From positions 524,162-588,161 of the forward strand of contig JAMOUJ010000005.1 of assembly GCA_027068075.1 (NCBI GenBank): a DNA stretch of 64,000 nt, in the 5' to 3' direction. This DNA is from Candidatus Aminicenantes bacterium. Lineage in GTDB: Bacteria; Acidobacteriota; Aminicenantia; S016-38. Positions 1 through 9,881 of this stretch are shown here, one piece after another. Position 1 is the first letter of the stretch. Every line of letters begins with the position of its first letter. Below the pieces are notes generated by a model. The model searched no databases, was not told the DNA's origin, and worked only from the letters and a program-made list of their open reading frames with translations. A program made the translations under genes and the position numbers.

Positions 1-291
1 GATGAACGCCACCTCCTTTCCGAAGAGTTCTTCCAGTTCCTCCCTGCTCACCCCGGCGTCCTCCATCACATCGTGGAGGAGTCCCGCGGTTACCGTGGTG
101 GGGTCCGCTCCCCATTGGGCCAGGGTGTAAGCCACCCGGAGGGGATGGGTTAAATAGGGGTCTCCCGAAGCCCTGAATTGGTCCCTGTGGGCCCGGGCGG
201 CGAAAAGCCAGGCCTTCCTCAGTTGCTTTATATCCGCCCGGGGATCGTTCTTTAAGACCAGTTCCTCAAGGTCTTCGTACCTAAGTTGCAA
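1..291 (-). CDS. RelA/SpoT-family HD-domain (p)ppGpp hydrolase, N-terminal part only. The rest of the gene lies beyond coordinate 1. Start is probably TTG near 291.
   Basis: Minus-strand translation reads ...DPYLTHPLRVAYTLAQWGADPTTVTAGLLHDVMEDAGVSREELEELFGKEVAFI. This matches the SpoT/Rel HD motif (LLHDVxED...LFG). It was missing from the ORF track because it runs off the window edge. Confidence 0.7.
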   Translation of the reverse strand, partial: MQLRYEDLEELVLKNDPRADIKQLRKAWLFAARAHRDQFRASGDPYLTHPLRVAYTLAQWGADPTTVTAGLLHDVMEDAGVSREELEELFGKEVAFI

Positions 292-359
292 AATCCCCTC
301 CCATTGGACGATTAATTATATAATAGGACTTTGTGGTAAAATATCCACCGGAGGAAGAA

Positions 360-560
360 ATGAAGTTGATGGAGAATCGCTACCTTTACACCCTTAAGGT
401 GGCCAAGAGGGCCCGTCAGATACTGGAGGGGGCCAAACCCCTTATAGAAACGAAGTTCAGAAATCCTATTAAAATAGCCCACGCGGAGTTTCAGACGGGG
501 AAACTTGACATATCGCTAATCGTTATAAATCCCCTGGAGGATTTTTCCTTTTATAAGTAA
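360..560 (+). CDS. rpoZ: DNA-directed RNA polymerase omega subunit
   Basis: MKLMENRYLYTLKVAKRARQILEGAKP matches the RpoZ signature (NRY/F..L.AKRARQ). GGAGGA lies 4 nt before ATG 360. An alternative GTG start is at 333. Confidence 0.8.
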   Translation: MKLMENRYLYTLKVAKRARQILEGAKPLIETKFRNPIKIAHAEFQTGKLDISLIVINPLEDFSFYK

Positions 561-1418
561 GGCCATTTTCAGGTTGAGGTTCTTTATCTCCTCGGCCAGA
601 TACTCCAGGGTGATGGGTATGTAATCCTTAAAATAAGTTTTTCCCTTCTTTATCTGGAATCCAAAGGTTCCCAGGGCCTTCAGATGTCTTTGAAGGGAAA
701 CCAGGATGTAGTTGGAGGAGTTGAGGTTTTTTTCTAACCTCCGCCTGAGGGTTGGAGTTAGTTTCACATAATTGTCCCGGAGGAGGGAGGCGTAATCGTA
801 TTCCGGGGGTCCCATCATGCAGTCCTGGTAGTCCAGGATTAAAATTTTACCGCCCTTGAGGAAAATGTTTCTGGAGTGAAAATCCCGGTGGTTGGGCACC
901 GCGGTGGAGTAATCTATGCTCTCCACCAGTTCCAGGGCGGCCTCCCGCCATTGTTCTTCCTCCACGGGGTATCTTTCCTCTATGAAGTGACGGAAGGTGA
1001 AGTCCAGTTCCTTCAAAAATCTTTCGCCGTTCAGGGCGCGCCTCCTCACCGGATGGTTCGCCGGAAACAGGCCGGGGCCGTAGTTTTGAAGGACCCTCAG
1101 GAAGTGAAGCAGTTTCCGGTATACGGAATCCACCTTCCGGTTTTTTCTCCAGGCTTCCTCCAGGCTGAGGTCCCCTGCATCCTCCATGAGGAGAGCCCGG
1201 GGAAAGATTTCGTATATTCTGGGCAGGGGCCATAGGGCCGAGAGGAAGCGATGAACCTGGAGTTGAAGGTCAAGACCCTCTCCGGTAAAGACCATTAACA
1301 CGAACCGTTCCCCCTTTTTTTCTACCCGGTAAAATTGACGGGAAGAAGCATCCCCCTGGAGTTTTTCCACCAGGCGAAAACCCCGTTTTTCAAGGAAGGG
1401 GATAAGTTTTTCCGTCAA
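516..1418 (-). CDS. Aminoglycoside-phosphotransferase-fold (APH/choline-kinase/AmgK-like) small-molecule kinase
   Basis: Catalytic HRDFHSRNIF (HxDxxxxN) and an ILDYQD Mg-binding Asp, typical of the APH/ChoK/MurNAc-kinase family. Confidence 0.7.
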   Translation of the reverse strand: MTEKLIPFLEKRGFRLVEKLQGDASSRQFYRVEKKGERFVLMVFTGEGLDLQLQVHRFLSALWPLPRIYEIFPRALLMEDAGDLSLEEAWRKNRKVDSVYRKLLHFLRVLQNYGPGLFPANHPVRRRALNGERFLKELDFTFRHFIEERYPVEEEQWREAALELVESIDYSTAVPNHRDFHSRNIFLKGGKILILDYQDCMMGPPEYDYASLLRDNYVKLTPTLRRRLEKNLNSSNYILVSLQRHLKALGTFGFQIKKGKTYFKDYIPITLEYLAEEIKNLNLKMALLIKGKILQGIYND

Positions 1419-2196
1419 CGAAAATCCCTCCTTTTAGAACCTTACCCGGGGGAACCGTTCCCCGAACCACCACGGAATTCACCACCGCGGCTCCCCTTTC
1501 TACCCTCCCGTCCCTCATTATTATGGAATTTTCCACCAGGGCCATGGGGTGGATCCGGGCTCCTGGTTCTGTCCATACCCCTTCTCCGTGGGCTTTGAAG
1601 TAGGAGGATGGGTTAGTAAATTCCAGGGCTTCCGCCTCCACCGCCCCCACCGGAAACCTTGCGGCAAAGTCCAGGATGAGGTTCCCTGAGGGGGGAAGGT
1701 TTTCCAGGGCTTCCGGGGAGATCACCATGGCACCGCAATAAAAATTTTTGCCCTCCCCTATTTTTAAGCGATTTCCTTCTATTTTCAGGGGAGTGTAGGG
1801 AGGTTTGTGGGGACAGAGGGCCAGGGTTATGGGGTAGGGGCTTGAGCGGTGGTGGTTTATGAGTTTTTCGTAGGGGCCCAGGAGAAGGGTATCGCCATTG
1901 TGGAGGAGAATTTCCTCCTGGATGTTGAAAAGGTTAAGGATTCGCCTGAGGCCCCCGCAGGTTCCGAGGAGGGTGCCCTCCAGGGAAAACCCGAAGTCCA
2001 GCCCCTGCAGGTCCCGCAGGATCTCCTGGGGAAGGTGATGTAGGTTCGCCACCAGTTTGGAGGCGTGGGGAAGGAGGCTTTCCGCGATTCTCCTTATAAT
2101 GGGCGTCCCCTTGAAGGGAAGGGAAGGTTTGGGCCTGGCGGAAGATATGGGAAGCATCCTTTCCCCCCGGCCCGCAGCCAGTACTACTCCCCACAT
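1390..2196 (-). CDS. Sugar-1-phosphate nucleotidyltransferase with a C-terminal left-handed beta-helix (hexapeptide) domain
   Basis: N-terminal GVVLAAGRGERMLP..KP nucleotidyltransferase motif (G-x-G-x-R). The C-terminus carries hexapeptide repeats (VENSIIMRDGRVERGAAVVNSVVVRG). It overlaps the downstream kinase by 29 nt. Confidence 0.75.
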   Translation of the reverse strand: MWGVVLAAGRGERMLPISSARPKPSLPFKGTPIIRRIAESLLPHASKLVANLHHLPQEILRDLQGLDFGFSLEGTLLGTCGGLRRILNLFNIQEEILLHNGDTLLLGPYEKLINHHRSSPYPITLALCPHKPPYTPLKIEGNRLKIGEGKNFYCGAMVISPEALENLPPSGNLILDFAARFPVGAVEAEALEFTNPSSYFKAHGEGVWTEPGARIHPMALVENSIIMRDGRVERGAAVVNSVVVRGTVPPGKVLKGGIFVDGKTYPLP

Positions 2197-2717
2197 GAAA
2201 ACCTGATCTCCTTCAAGCCCGCTTCCAGGGCCATTTCCACATAGGTCTTTTTGATGTAATGGGCAGGGGAAAATCCAAGGCTGCGGGCGATGCTTTCTAT
2301 TTCCTCTGGACTTCCTTCAATCTCAATGAAATTGCCCAGGGGGGTTCTGTCCAGGGAGATCATGGCCTTCCCCAGGCGATAGTTCTTCCTCTCCTTCTCG
2401 TAGTAAAAGGCCACGGAGAACCCCAGGCGTTTCAGGATATCCTCCATGGCCCGGGGATCGTCCACCTCGGTTTGTATTTCCTCCCTTACTTTGTGCTGGG
2501 GATCCCTTATGGGCCTCCCCTTGAAGGTCAGGGTGGTTCTGGGGGGGCATATTCTCAGCCTCAGGGCTTCCCCCCTTTTGAACAGGGTGTTTTCCCGGTC
2601 AAAGAGGTAATTTTTTTCAAAGCATCCCCCCAGGAAAACGGCCCCCAGTTTCCGCACCTTTCTTTCCTCTTCCTCCAGATCGTCCACCTTTATTTTTACT
2701 TCCCGTTCAAATCCCAT
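2184..2717 (-). CDS. CYTH-domain protein (class IV adenylyl cyclase / triphosphatase family)
   Basis: N-terminal EREVKIKV (ExExK) motif with an overall CyaB/ThTPase-like pattern. Length 177 aa. Confidence 0.6.
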   Translation of the reverse strand: MGFEREVKIKVDDLEEEERKVRKLGAVFLGGCFEKNYLFDRENTLFKRGEALRLRICPPRTTLTFKGRPIRDPQHKVREEIQTEVDDPRAMEDILKRLGFSVAFYYEKERKNYRLGKAMISLDRTPLGNFIEIEGSPEEIESIARSLGFSPAHYIKKTYVEMALEAGLKEIRFSCGE

Positions 2718-3654
2718 AGAGACGCCTCAGGTCTGAGTATTCTAAGATGGCTTCCCGCCAGGGAGATGGGGGAAACCTTTTGACCACGGTCCTGGCCTCC
2801 TCCAGGAAGTTTTCCATAACCGAGAGAGCCCTTTCCACGGCCCCGCTTTTTATCACATCGTCCCGGACGGCCTGGAAATCTATGGGTTCCCTGGTAAGGA
2901 AGAATCTCTTTATGTCCTGTGAAAACTTTCCCTCGCCCTCAAGGTAAAAGATGTAGGGGAGCGAGAGTTTTCCCTCCCGCAGGTCGGAAAGGGTGGGCTT
3001 TTTCAGTCTTTTTTTGTCAAGGACCACATCTGCCACATCGTCCAGGATCTGGAAGGCCAAGCCAAATTTTTCCCCGAAGTCCCTCAGTTCCTTCTCCAGG
3101 CTTTCGTCTCCCTTCAGCACCGCCGGCAGGGCTGAACTCAAGGCGAACAACCGGGCGGTTTTTCCGTCTATTATCCTGAAGTATTCATCCTGGCTGAGGT
3201 CAATCCTGTAAAGGTTGAGGCTTTCGTCCATTTCTCCGCTTATCATTCCCTCCACCTCCTCCGCCATGAGATCAATTATCCTCATCTTCCCGAACCTGGC
3301 GGCGATGGAAATGGCCTTGATGTAAAGGAGGTCTCCCAGAATGATGGCCTTGTCCACCCCGAAGACCATGTGGGCTGAAGCCAGGCCCCTTCTCTCCTCC
3401 GCTTCGTCTATGATGTCGTCGTGGAAAAGGGAGGCGGAGTGGATGAGTTCCACGGCCCCTCCCAGTTCTATCAGGGGTTCGTCCTGGCAACCCAGGATTT
3501 TCCCTATGGAAAACAGGAGCAGGGCTCTGACCCTTTTGCCGGATGAACGGGAAAGGTAGTCTATCTGCTCCGGGGGAAGGCCCTTTATTTCCCTGTAACT
3601 GGAGCGCAGGAAGTCCTCCACCCGCTCCCTGACCCTTTTCAAAAAAATCTTCAT
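2707..3654 (-). CDS. Polyprenyl diphosphate synthase (trans-isoprenyl diphosphate synthase family)
   Basis: Two Asp-rich motifs: LFHDDIIDEAEERRG (DDxxD) and FQILDDVADV. Confidence 0.9.
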   Translation of the reverse strand: MKIFLKRVRERVEDFLRSSYREIKGLPPEQIDYLSRSSGKRVRALLLFSIGKILGCQDEPLIELGGAVELIHSASLFHDDIIDEAEERRGLASAHMVFGVDKAIILGDLLYIKAISIAARFGKMRIIDLMAEEVEGMISGEMDESLNLYRIDLSQDEYFRIIDGKTARLFALSSALPAVLKGDESLEKELRDFGEKFGLAFQILDDVADVVLDKKRLKKPTLSDLREGKLSLPYIFYLEGEGKFSQDIKRFFLTREPIDFQAVRDDVIKSGAVERALSVMENFLEEARTVVKRFPPSPWREAILEYSDLRRLYGI

Positions 3655-3721
3655 AACTAATTTTTATCATAAACCAAGGGGGGATTTGCAAATCCTGTAT
3701 TTTTTTTCTAAGATAACTCCG

Positions 3722-5473
3722 ATGATAAAAAGAATAGAAAAATCCTCCATTACCAAGGAGGACCTGAAGAAGTATGTCCAGGAGATAAACCTCTCCCAGA
3801 GGGCCTTCCCGGTAAAGGAGCAGAGGGAAGCCATCGTGGCCCTTCTGAAGGCCTGGGACGAACTGGATGGGGAGCAGAAAATAGTTCTTCTTTCCGAAGA
3901 TTTTGGGGTGGAGTTCCCAAAATTGAAGGTTTACGGGGTGATTTCCCACGATTGGCCCGGGCTGGCCGATACCACCATGGGGCTTTTCCACGAGAAGGGG
4001 TGGAATGTTTACTTCATAAAGGCCTTCAGCATGGAGCACCGGGGGGAGGACCTGGGGGTTATCCTCATCGCCATACGGGTGGAGTCCCCGGAAAAAATGG
4101 AAAAACTCCGCCTGGACGAAGAGGACATTTTGCGGAACATTGAATATGTGATAACCGGTTCCCTCTCCAAGCAATCCCTCATCGCCGAGGAGATAAAGAA
4201 ACTGAAAATTTACGGGAAGATAGTGGAGGAGATAAAAAAGATCTATCAGGGACCTTATTTGAAGGAAATTATAGAGGAGGAGGCGGTGAAATTCGTATCC
4301 GCCCGTTCCAGGGAATACCTGGAGGAGAGGAGGATAGAGGACCTGGCCCGGATGGTGATAGATAACAGAATCCTGGCCACCAAGGTCCTGGAGGAGGACA
4401 AACCCCAGGTGAGGATAAGGGACCTTCCCACCAAGAGAGGGGTTTTCACCGCCATCACCGCCTTTGACAGGATGGAAGACCTTTCCATGGAGGACCTTAT
4501 AAGGATAATCTGGCACATATATCCCGACCACAGAATAATGTTCTACAAGGAGTACAAGCGGAAGGGCGTTACCGTAGCCCATGTGGAGGTGGTGGACGAG
4601 GGCGGTAACCCTCTTCCTCCGGGAATTAAAAAGAAGATAGAAGAGTTTCTCTCCAATCCCTTCCTGATAAAGCAAGCGCGCAGGGCCGGAAGGATCCAGA
4701 AAATAGGAGGTTTTGAACACTACGCCAGGGCCATAATCCCCGTCCTCGTCCGGGAGGCTCAAAATACGGGCCTGCCCCAGGTGTTCTTTTCCGTGGTGGG
4801 CTCCGACGAATTTCACATACACTTCAAACTGATAATAGTCAACAAAACCGAGGTCACCCACAGGATAATAGAGGAACTTCAGAAACTTAAGGGGGTGGAG
4901 ATCCGGGCGGCCAAGATACCTCGGGAGATGGGGAACTGGTTCCACACGGTGATTGACATAAGGGTGGCCCTGGAGTATTTCTCCTCGGTGGAAGAAATAT
5001 ACCATCGGTTGAAGAACACCCTGGAGAGGATAATCGGACGGTTCAGGGATTTTGACAAGGGGATGCGGGAGATGGAAAAGACTAAATTTCAGCACCTCTC
5101 CAGCACCCTCAAGGAAATTCCGGAGAAAATCCTCCGGGAGTTTTACTTCAACCTGGAGGATTTTTACAGGGTCGGGGCTTCCCATCAGGAACTGGAGAAA
5201 CTCATGAGGATGGGGTGGGAGTGTTACTCATCGGATTCCATCCCCTGTTTTAAGGTGGACAGGGTGAATTCCTCCCTGATCCTGGCCCTGAAGGTTCCTC
5301 CGGATCCCCGGATCCTTCCGGAACTGGCCGAAGCCTTTTACTCCTGTACCCCCATTATTTCCAGATCCGAGTTTGGGGAATGGGATATAATCTTCCTTTC
5401 ACTGAGGGAATGCGAGGATGAGGAGGAGGTGAGGAAGAAACTCCTTGCCCTGCTCCACAGAAAGGAACCTTAG
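3722..5473 (+). CDS. Hypothetical protein (584 aa from ATG 3722; ORF open from 3686) with about four repeated ACT-like (ligand-binding regulatory) units
   Basis: Thermophile-like K/E-rich composition, and it fills the otherwise empty interval. Repeated ~55-aa beta-alpha-beta-like segments occur (VYGVISHDWPGLADTTMGLF..., RGVFTAITAFDRMEDLSMEDLIRII..., VFFSVVGSDEFHIHFKLIIV..., SLILALKVPPDPRILPELAEAFY...). The antisense 637-aa ORF (3272..5185) is P/G/H-rich and was rejected. Confidence 0.55.
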   Translation: MIKRIEKSSITKEDLKKYVQEINLSQRAFPVKEQREAIVALLKAWDELDGEQKIVLLSEDFGVEFPKLKVYGVISHDWPGLADTTMGLFHEKGWNVYFIKAFSMEHRGEDLGVILIAIRVESPEKMEKLRLDEEDILRNIEYVITGSLSKQSLIAEEIKKLKIYGKIVEEIKKIYQGPYLKEIIEEEAVKFVSARSREYLEERRIEDLARMVIDNRILATKVLEEDKPQVRIRDLPTKRGVFTAITAFDRMEDLSMEDLIRIIWHIYPDHRIMFYKEYKRKGVTVAHVEVVDEGGNPLPPGIKKKIEEFLSNPFLIKQARRAGRIQKIGGFEHYARAIIPVLVREAQNTGLPQVFFSVVGSDEFHIHFKLIIVNKTEVTHRIIEELQKLKGVEIRAAKIPREMGNWFHTVIDIRVALEYFSSVEEIYHRLKNTLERIIGRFRDFDKGMREMEKTKFQHLSSTLKEIPEKILREFYFNLEDFYRVGASHQELEKLMRMGWECYSSDSIPCFKVDRVNSSLILALKVPPDPRILPELAEAFYSCTPIISRSEFGEWDIIFLSLRECEDEEEVRKKLLALLHRKEP

Positions 5474-5484
5474 TTTGGTTGGTC

Positions 5485-5493
5485 TGTTATAAT
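5485..5493 (+). promoter_or_regulatory. Extended -10 element (TGtTATAAT) upstream of rpmE
   Basis: tgttataat sits 27 nt before the AAGGAGG ribosome-binding site and ATG 5520. Confidence 0.5.
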
Positions 5494-5519
5494 ATTTCGG
5501 TAATACAAAGGAGGAGAGG

Positions 5520-5732
5520 ATGAAGAAAGGGATACATCCAGAATACTACGAATGCGTGGTCACCTGCGCCTGCGGAAATACCTTCGTTACCCGTTCCACC
5601 AAGAAGGAAATCCATGTGGAAGTATGCAATCTATGCCATCCCTTCTTTACCGGAAAACAGAAGATCCTGGATTCCTCCGGTAGGGTTGAGAAGTTCCGCA
5701 GGAAATACGGTGACAACTATGTTAAAAGGTGA
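5520..5732 (+). CDS. rpmE: 50S ribosomal protein L31 (zinc-ribbon type)
   Basis: [10 protein letters not shown]...CACGN...[13 protein letters not shown]. Confidence 0.95.
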   Translation: MKKGIHPEYYECVVTCACGNTFVTRSTKKEIHVEVCNLCHPFFTGKQKILDSSGRVEKFRRKYGDNYVKR

Positions 5733-6802
5733 TGTTTGAGCACCTCCAGGGCCTTGAAGAGAAATTTGAGTCCTTGGAGAGGCAACTTTCAGATCCCGAA
5801 GTCATAAAGGACCCTGCGAGGTTTCGCAGACTCGCCAAGGAAAGGGCAGAACTTCAGCCCATAGTAGATAAATTCCGGGAATACAAAAAGGTTCTTCAGC
5901 AGATAAGGGAAGCCCGGGAGATATTGAAGGAGGGAGACAAAGAACTCCGGGAACTGGCGGAGGAAGAACTGAAAACCCTAAGCGCCAGAAGGGAAGATTT
6001 GGAAAAGGAACTGAAGTTTCTCCTCCTTCCCAAGGACCCCAACGATGCCCGAAATGTTCTCCTGGAGATAAGGGCCGGAGCCGGAGGGGAGGAAGCGGCC
6101 CTTTTCGTGGGGGACCTTTTTCGCATGTATTCCAGATATGCGGAGAGGAAGGGATGGAAGGTGGAGGTTTTGAATTCCCACCCGTCTTCCCTGGGGGGGT
6201 TCAAGGAAATAATTCTTCTCATAAAGGGTCGGGGAGCCTACAGCCGGTTTAAGTTTGAAAGCGGAGTTCATCGGGTTCAGAGGATTCCAGTGACGGAAAC
6301 CGGCGGAAGGATACACACCTCCACCGCCACCGTGGCGGTGCTTCCCGAGGCGGACGACATAGACATAAAAATAGACCCCAAGGACCTGAGGATAGAGGCC
6401 TTCGGAGCCTCTGGCCCCGGGGGGCAGAATGTGAACAGGAACTATACCGCCATAAGAGTTACCCATCTGCCCACGGGCATGGTGGTCTCCTGCCAGGACG
6501 AGAAATCCCAGCACCGGAACAAGGAAAAGGCCCTTAAGATCCTGCGGGCCCGTCTATACGAAATGGAGAGGAAAAAGCAACAGGAGAGCATATCCAGGGA
6601 AAGACGGGCTCAGGTGGGAACGGGGGAGAGGAGCGAAAAGATAAGAACCTATAATTTCCCCCAGAACCGGGTCTCCGACCACAGGATCAACTACACCACC
6701 CACAACCTGGAGGCCGTTCTGGACGGGGAACTGGACGAAATCATAGATAGGTTAATAGCCCACCATCAGGCGGAACGCCTCCGGGAAAGGCAACTGGCGT
6801 GA
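5729..6802 (+). CDS. prfA: Peptide chain release factor 1
   Basis: [20 protein letters not shown] (GGQ motif) and a PxT-type tripeptide region. The ATGA overlap with rpmE indicates translational coupling. Confidence 0.95.
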   Translation: MMFEHLQGLEEKFESLERQLSDPEVIKDPARFRRLAKERAELQPIVDKFREYKKVLQQIREAREILKEGDKELRELAEEELKTLSARREDLEKELKFLLLPKDPNDARNVLLEIRAGAGGEEAALFVGDLFRMYSRYAERKGWKVEVLNSHPSSLGGFKEIILLIKGRGAYSRFKFESGVHRVQRIPVTETGGRIHTSTATVAVLPEADDIDIKIDPKDLRIEAFGASGPGGQNVNRNYTAIRVTHLPTGMVVSCQDEKSQHRNKEKALKILRARLYEMERKKQQESISRERRAQVGTGERSEKIRTYNFPQNRVSDHRINYTTHNLEAVLDGELDEIIDRLIAHHQAERLRERQLA

Positions 6803-7584
6803 AGGATAAAGACGCTCTCATCTGGGCCAGAAGAAAACTTCTGGAGCGGGTGGAGAACCCTGACCTGGAGGCAGAGGTCCTTCTGAGGTCTCTGCTGGGA
6901 ATTTCCCGGGAGGAACTGTGGACCCGGGATCACGAAGTCTCAGAAGAGAAATTGAAGGAGGTGGTGGAACTCCGGGCGGAGCACTATCCCCTTCAATACA
7001 TAACCGGAGAGGTGGAGTTTTTCTCCAGGAAATTTTTAATGAGGGAAGGGGTTTTTATTCCCAGACCGGAGACCGAAGGGCTGGTGGAGGTGGCCCTGGA
7101 GGTTTTGGAGCCGGGTCAGAGGGTGGTGGAGGTGGGTGTTGGTAGCGGGATCGTCAGTATTACCCTGGCCCTGGAAAGGCCTGGACTCCGTTTATACGCC
7201 GACGACATAAACCCCCTGGCCGTGGACCTGGCCCGGGAAAACGCCCGGCGTCTGGGAACTCGGGTTTCCCTGTTGCTTGGGGATGCCCTTCTGCCCTTTC
7301 AAAGGAAGTTCCATGCCGTGGTGAGCAATCCTCCCTATGTAGCCCCCGGGGAGGAAGTTTCCCCGGAACTCAAATACGAGCCCCGGGAGGCCTACCTTGC
7401 GCCCCCCGATGGGCTTTCCTTTATAAGGCGTCTCCTGGAGCAGGCCCGGGAGGTTCTCCTTCCAGGAGGAAAGGTAGTGGTGGAAATTTCCCCATCCCAG
7501 GGCCCGTTCCTCAGGAAAAATTACGGTGCCAGAATTTTTAAAGACCTCTCCGGAAGGGATAGGGTGGCTTTAATTGTCCTTTGA
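6799..7584 (+). CDS. prmC: Release-factor glutamine N5-methyltransferase
   Basis: NPPYV motif, a GVGSG AdoMet-binding loop, and the position right after prfA. Confidence 0.9.
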   Translation: MKDKDALIWARRKLLERVENPDLEAEVLLRSLLGISREELWTRDHEVSEEKLKEVVELRAEHYPLQYITGEVEFFSRKFLMREGVFIPRPETEGLVEVALEVLEPGQRVVEVGVGSGIVSITLALERPGLRLYADDINPLAVDLARENARRLGTRVSLLLGDALLPFQRKFHAVVSNPPYVAPGEEVSPELKYEPREAYLAPPDGLSFIRRLLEQAREVLLPGGKVVVEISPSQGPFLRKNYGARIFKDLSGRDRVALIVL

Positions 7585-7635
7585 AATTTTATATAATAGA
7601 AACCCTTTAAAAAGCAAAAGCACTGGAGGTAAGGG

Positions 7636-9837
7636 ATGAACTTTAATTATCTCTTTGTTCTGGCACCCATAGCCGCTGTTCTGGCTTTAGTTTTTGCCTA
7701 CATTTTCTACAGGCAGATTATGAAGGTGGAAGAGGGTACGGAAAAGATGAAGGAAATAGCCCAGGCGGTGAGGGTAGGGGCCAAAGCCTACCTGAGGAGA
7801 CAGTATACGGTGGTGGCCATTTTCTTCGTGGTCACCAGCCTTTTTCTGGTGTTTCTCTCCTTTGTGCTGAAGGTTCAGTCCCGATGGACGGCCTTTGCCT
7901 TCCTCACCGGTGGATTTTTCTCCGCCCTGTCCGGATACCTGGGCATGATGGCCGCCACCAACGCCTCGGCGAGGACCGCCCATTCCGCCCGTCAGTCCCT
8001 GAACTCTGCCCTCCGGGTGGCCTTTCGGGCTGGAGCCATCATGGGCCTCGTGGTGGTGGGTCTGGGCTTGATAGACATCTCCATATGGTTTACCGTGTTG
8101 CACTACCTGGTGGGATACGACCTGAGGCTTACCACCGTTACCCTCCTCTCCTTCGGGATGGGAGCCTCCCTTCAGGCCCTTTTCGCCAGGGTGGGAGGGG
8201 GAATTTACACCAAGGCCGCCGATGTGGGCGCTGACCTGGTGGGAAAGGTGGAAGCCGGAATCCCCGAGGATGACCCCAGAAACCCCGCAGTTATTGCGGA
8301 TAATGTGGGGGATAATGTGGGGGATGTGGCCGGTATGGGCGCCGACCTTTACGAAAGTTATACCGGTTCTATCCTTTCCTCCGCAGCCCTGGGGGCTTCG
8401 GCCTTTTACGCATCCAAATACGCCTTGAATGCCGTCATCCTCCCCATGGTGGTGGCGGCGGTGGGAATGGTGGCCTCCATCCTGGGGATCTTCCTGGTAA
8501 AGGCCCGGGAGGACGCCTCCCAGAAGAACCTTCTTAACGCCCTCAACAGGGGAATTTACGGAGCCTCCCTTCTCATAGTGGTAGCCACATATTTCGTAAT
8601 AAAAGCCTTGCTGCCCAACCACATGGGACTGTTTGGGTCCGTGGTGACCGGACTGATGGTGGGGCTCATCATAGGGAAATCCACCGAATACTACACCAGT
8701 TCTTCCTATTCCCCCACCCGGTTTATCGCCTCCCAATCCCTGACGGGGCCTGCCACCACCATTTTGAGCGGGCTGTCGGTGGGGATGCTTTCTACGGCCA
8801 TCCCGGTCCTGGCGGTGGCCTTCGGCATAATAGTGGCCTTCTGGGCCGCCGGGGGATTTTCCAAGCCGATTCTGGGCCTTTACGGGATAGGAATTGCGGC
8901 GGTAGGTATGCTTTCCACCCTGGGAATTACCCTGGCCACCGACGCCTACGGGCCCGTGGCCGATAACGCCGGGGGCAACGCCCAGATGGCAGAACTTCCC
9001 GAGGAGGTGAGGCGCAGAACCGATGCCCTGGACGCCCTGGGAAACACCACCGCTGCCACGGGTAAGGGGTTTGCCATAGGTTCCGCCGCCCTGACCGCCC
9101 TGGCCCTTCTTGCTGCCTACATAGAGGAAGTCAGGGGTGGGCTGATAAGATTGGTAAACAACGGCTGGTCCTTTCCGGACATTGCCCGGGTGGTGGGCTC
9201 CAGCGAGGCCAAGGCCCTCCTTGACTGGTTACATCATGCTACCATTGCTGATTTTATGAGACTCTTCGCAGTGAACCTGATGAACCCTAAGGTTATCGTG
9301 GGAATATTCTTGGGGGCTATGATGCCCTTCTTCTTCTCCGGCCTGGCCATAAAGGCCGTGGGTAAGGCGGCCTCAGAGATGGTGGAGGAGGTCCGGCGCC
9401 AGTTCAGGGAGATAAAGGGTCTCCTGGAAGGGAAGGCCAAACCCGATTACGCCACCTGCGTGGAGATATCCACCCGGGAGGCTCAAAAGGCCATGGTGTT
9501 GCCTGCCCTTTCGGCGGTGCTGGCCCCCATATTCACAGGGCTCATATTCGGGGTTTCCGGAGTCATGGGGCTGCTTATAGGCGCCCTCAGTTCCGGATTC
9601 ATCCTGGCCATATTTATGGCCAATGCCGGAGGAGCCTGGGATAACGCCAAGAAATTTATAGAGGAAGGCAATTACGGCGGAAAGGGCTCGGAACCCCACA
9701 AGGCGGGGGTGGTGGGGGACACCGTGGGAGATCCGCTGAAGGATACCGCCGGTCCTTCCCTCAACATACTTATAAAACTAATGAGCATGGTTTCCGTGGT
9801 GGTGGCTGGCCTGGTGGTGGCCTACCACCTCTTGTGA
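7636..9837 (+). CDS. hppA: Membrane-bound proton/sodium-translocating pyrophosphatase, K+-dependent subtype
   Basis: 733 aa and polytopic. Conserved [20 protein letters not shown] and DNVGDNVGD motifs. The GNTTAA signature (A rather than K) indicates a K+-dependent enzyme. Confidence 0.95.
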   Translation: MNFNYLFVLAPIAAVLALVFAYIFYRQIMKVEEGTEKMKEIAQAVRVGAKAYLRRQYTVVAIFFVVTSLFLVFLSFVLKVQSRWTAFAFLTGGFFSALSGYLGMMAATNASARTAHSARQSLNSALRVAFRAGAIMGLVVVGLGLIDISIWFTVLHYLVGYDLRLTTVTLLSFGMGASLQALFARVGGGIYTKAADVGADLVGKVEAGIPEDDPRNPAVIADNVGDNVGDVAGMGADLYESYTGSILSSAALGASAFYASKYALNAVILPMVVAAVGMVASILGIFLVKAREDASQKNLLNALNRGIYGASLLIVVATYFVIKALLPNHMGLFGSVVTGLMVGLIIGKSTEYYTSSSYSPTRFIASQSLTGPATTILSGLSVGMLSTAIPVLAVAFGIIVAFWAAGGFSKPILGLYGIGIAAVGMLSTLGITLATDAYGPVADNAGGNAQMAELPEEVRRRTDALDALGNTTAATGKGFAIGSAALTALALLAAYIEEVRGGLIRLVNNGWSFPDIARVVGSSEAKALLDWLHHATIADFMRLFAVNLMNPKVIVGIFLGAMMPFFFSGLAIKAVGKAASEMVEEVRRQFREIKGLLEGKAKPDYATCVEISTREAQKAMVLPALSAVLAPIFTGLIFGVSGVMGLLIGALSSGFILAIFMANAGGAWDNAKKFIEEGNYGGKGSEPHKAGVVGDTVGDPLKDTAGPSLNILIKLMSMVSVVVAGLVVAYHLL

Positions 9838-9881
9838 TATAATAGGGCAGGAAACCTACAAAACCTATAAGGAGGTTGAAG

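Noticed and set aside
3272-5185. 637-aa ORF on the minus strand, antisense to the hypothetical ACT-repeat gene
   Set aside because: Its composition is P/G/H/L-rich and low-complexity, typical of the antisense frame of a K/E-rich, G/C-ending gene. It also overlaps the genuine polyprenyl synthase gene. The plus-strand ORF has normal thermophile-like composition.
7687-8736. 349-aa ORF antisense to hppA
   Set aside because: It is G/H/P-rich, and the sense strand encodes an unmistakable membrane pyrophosphatase.
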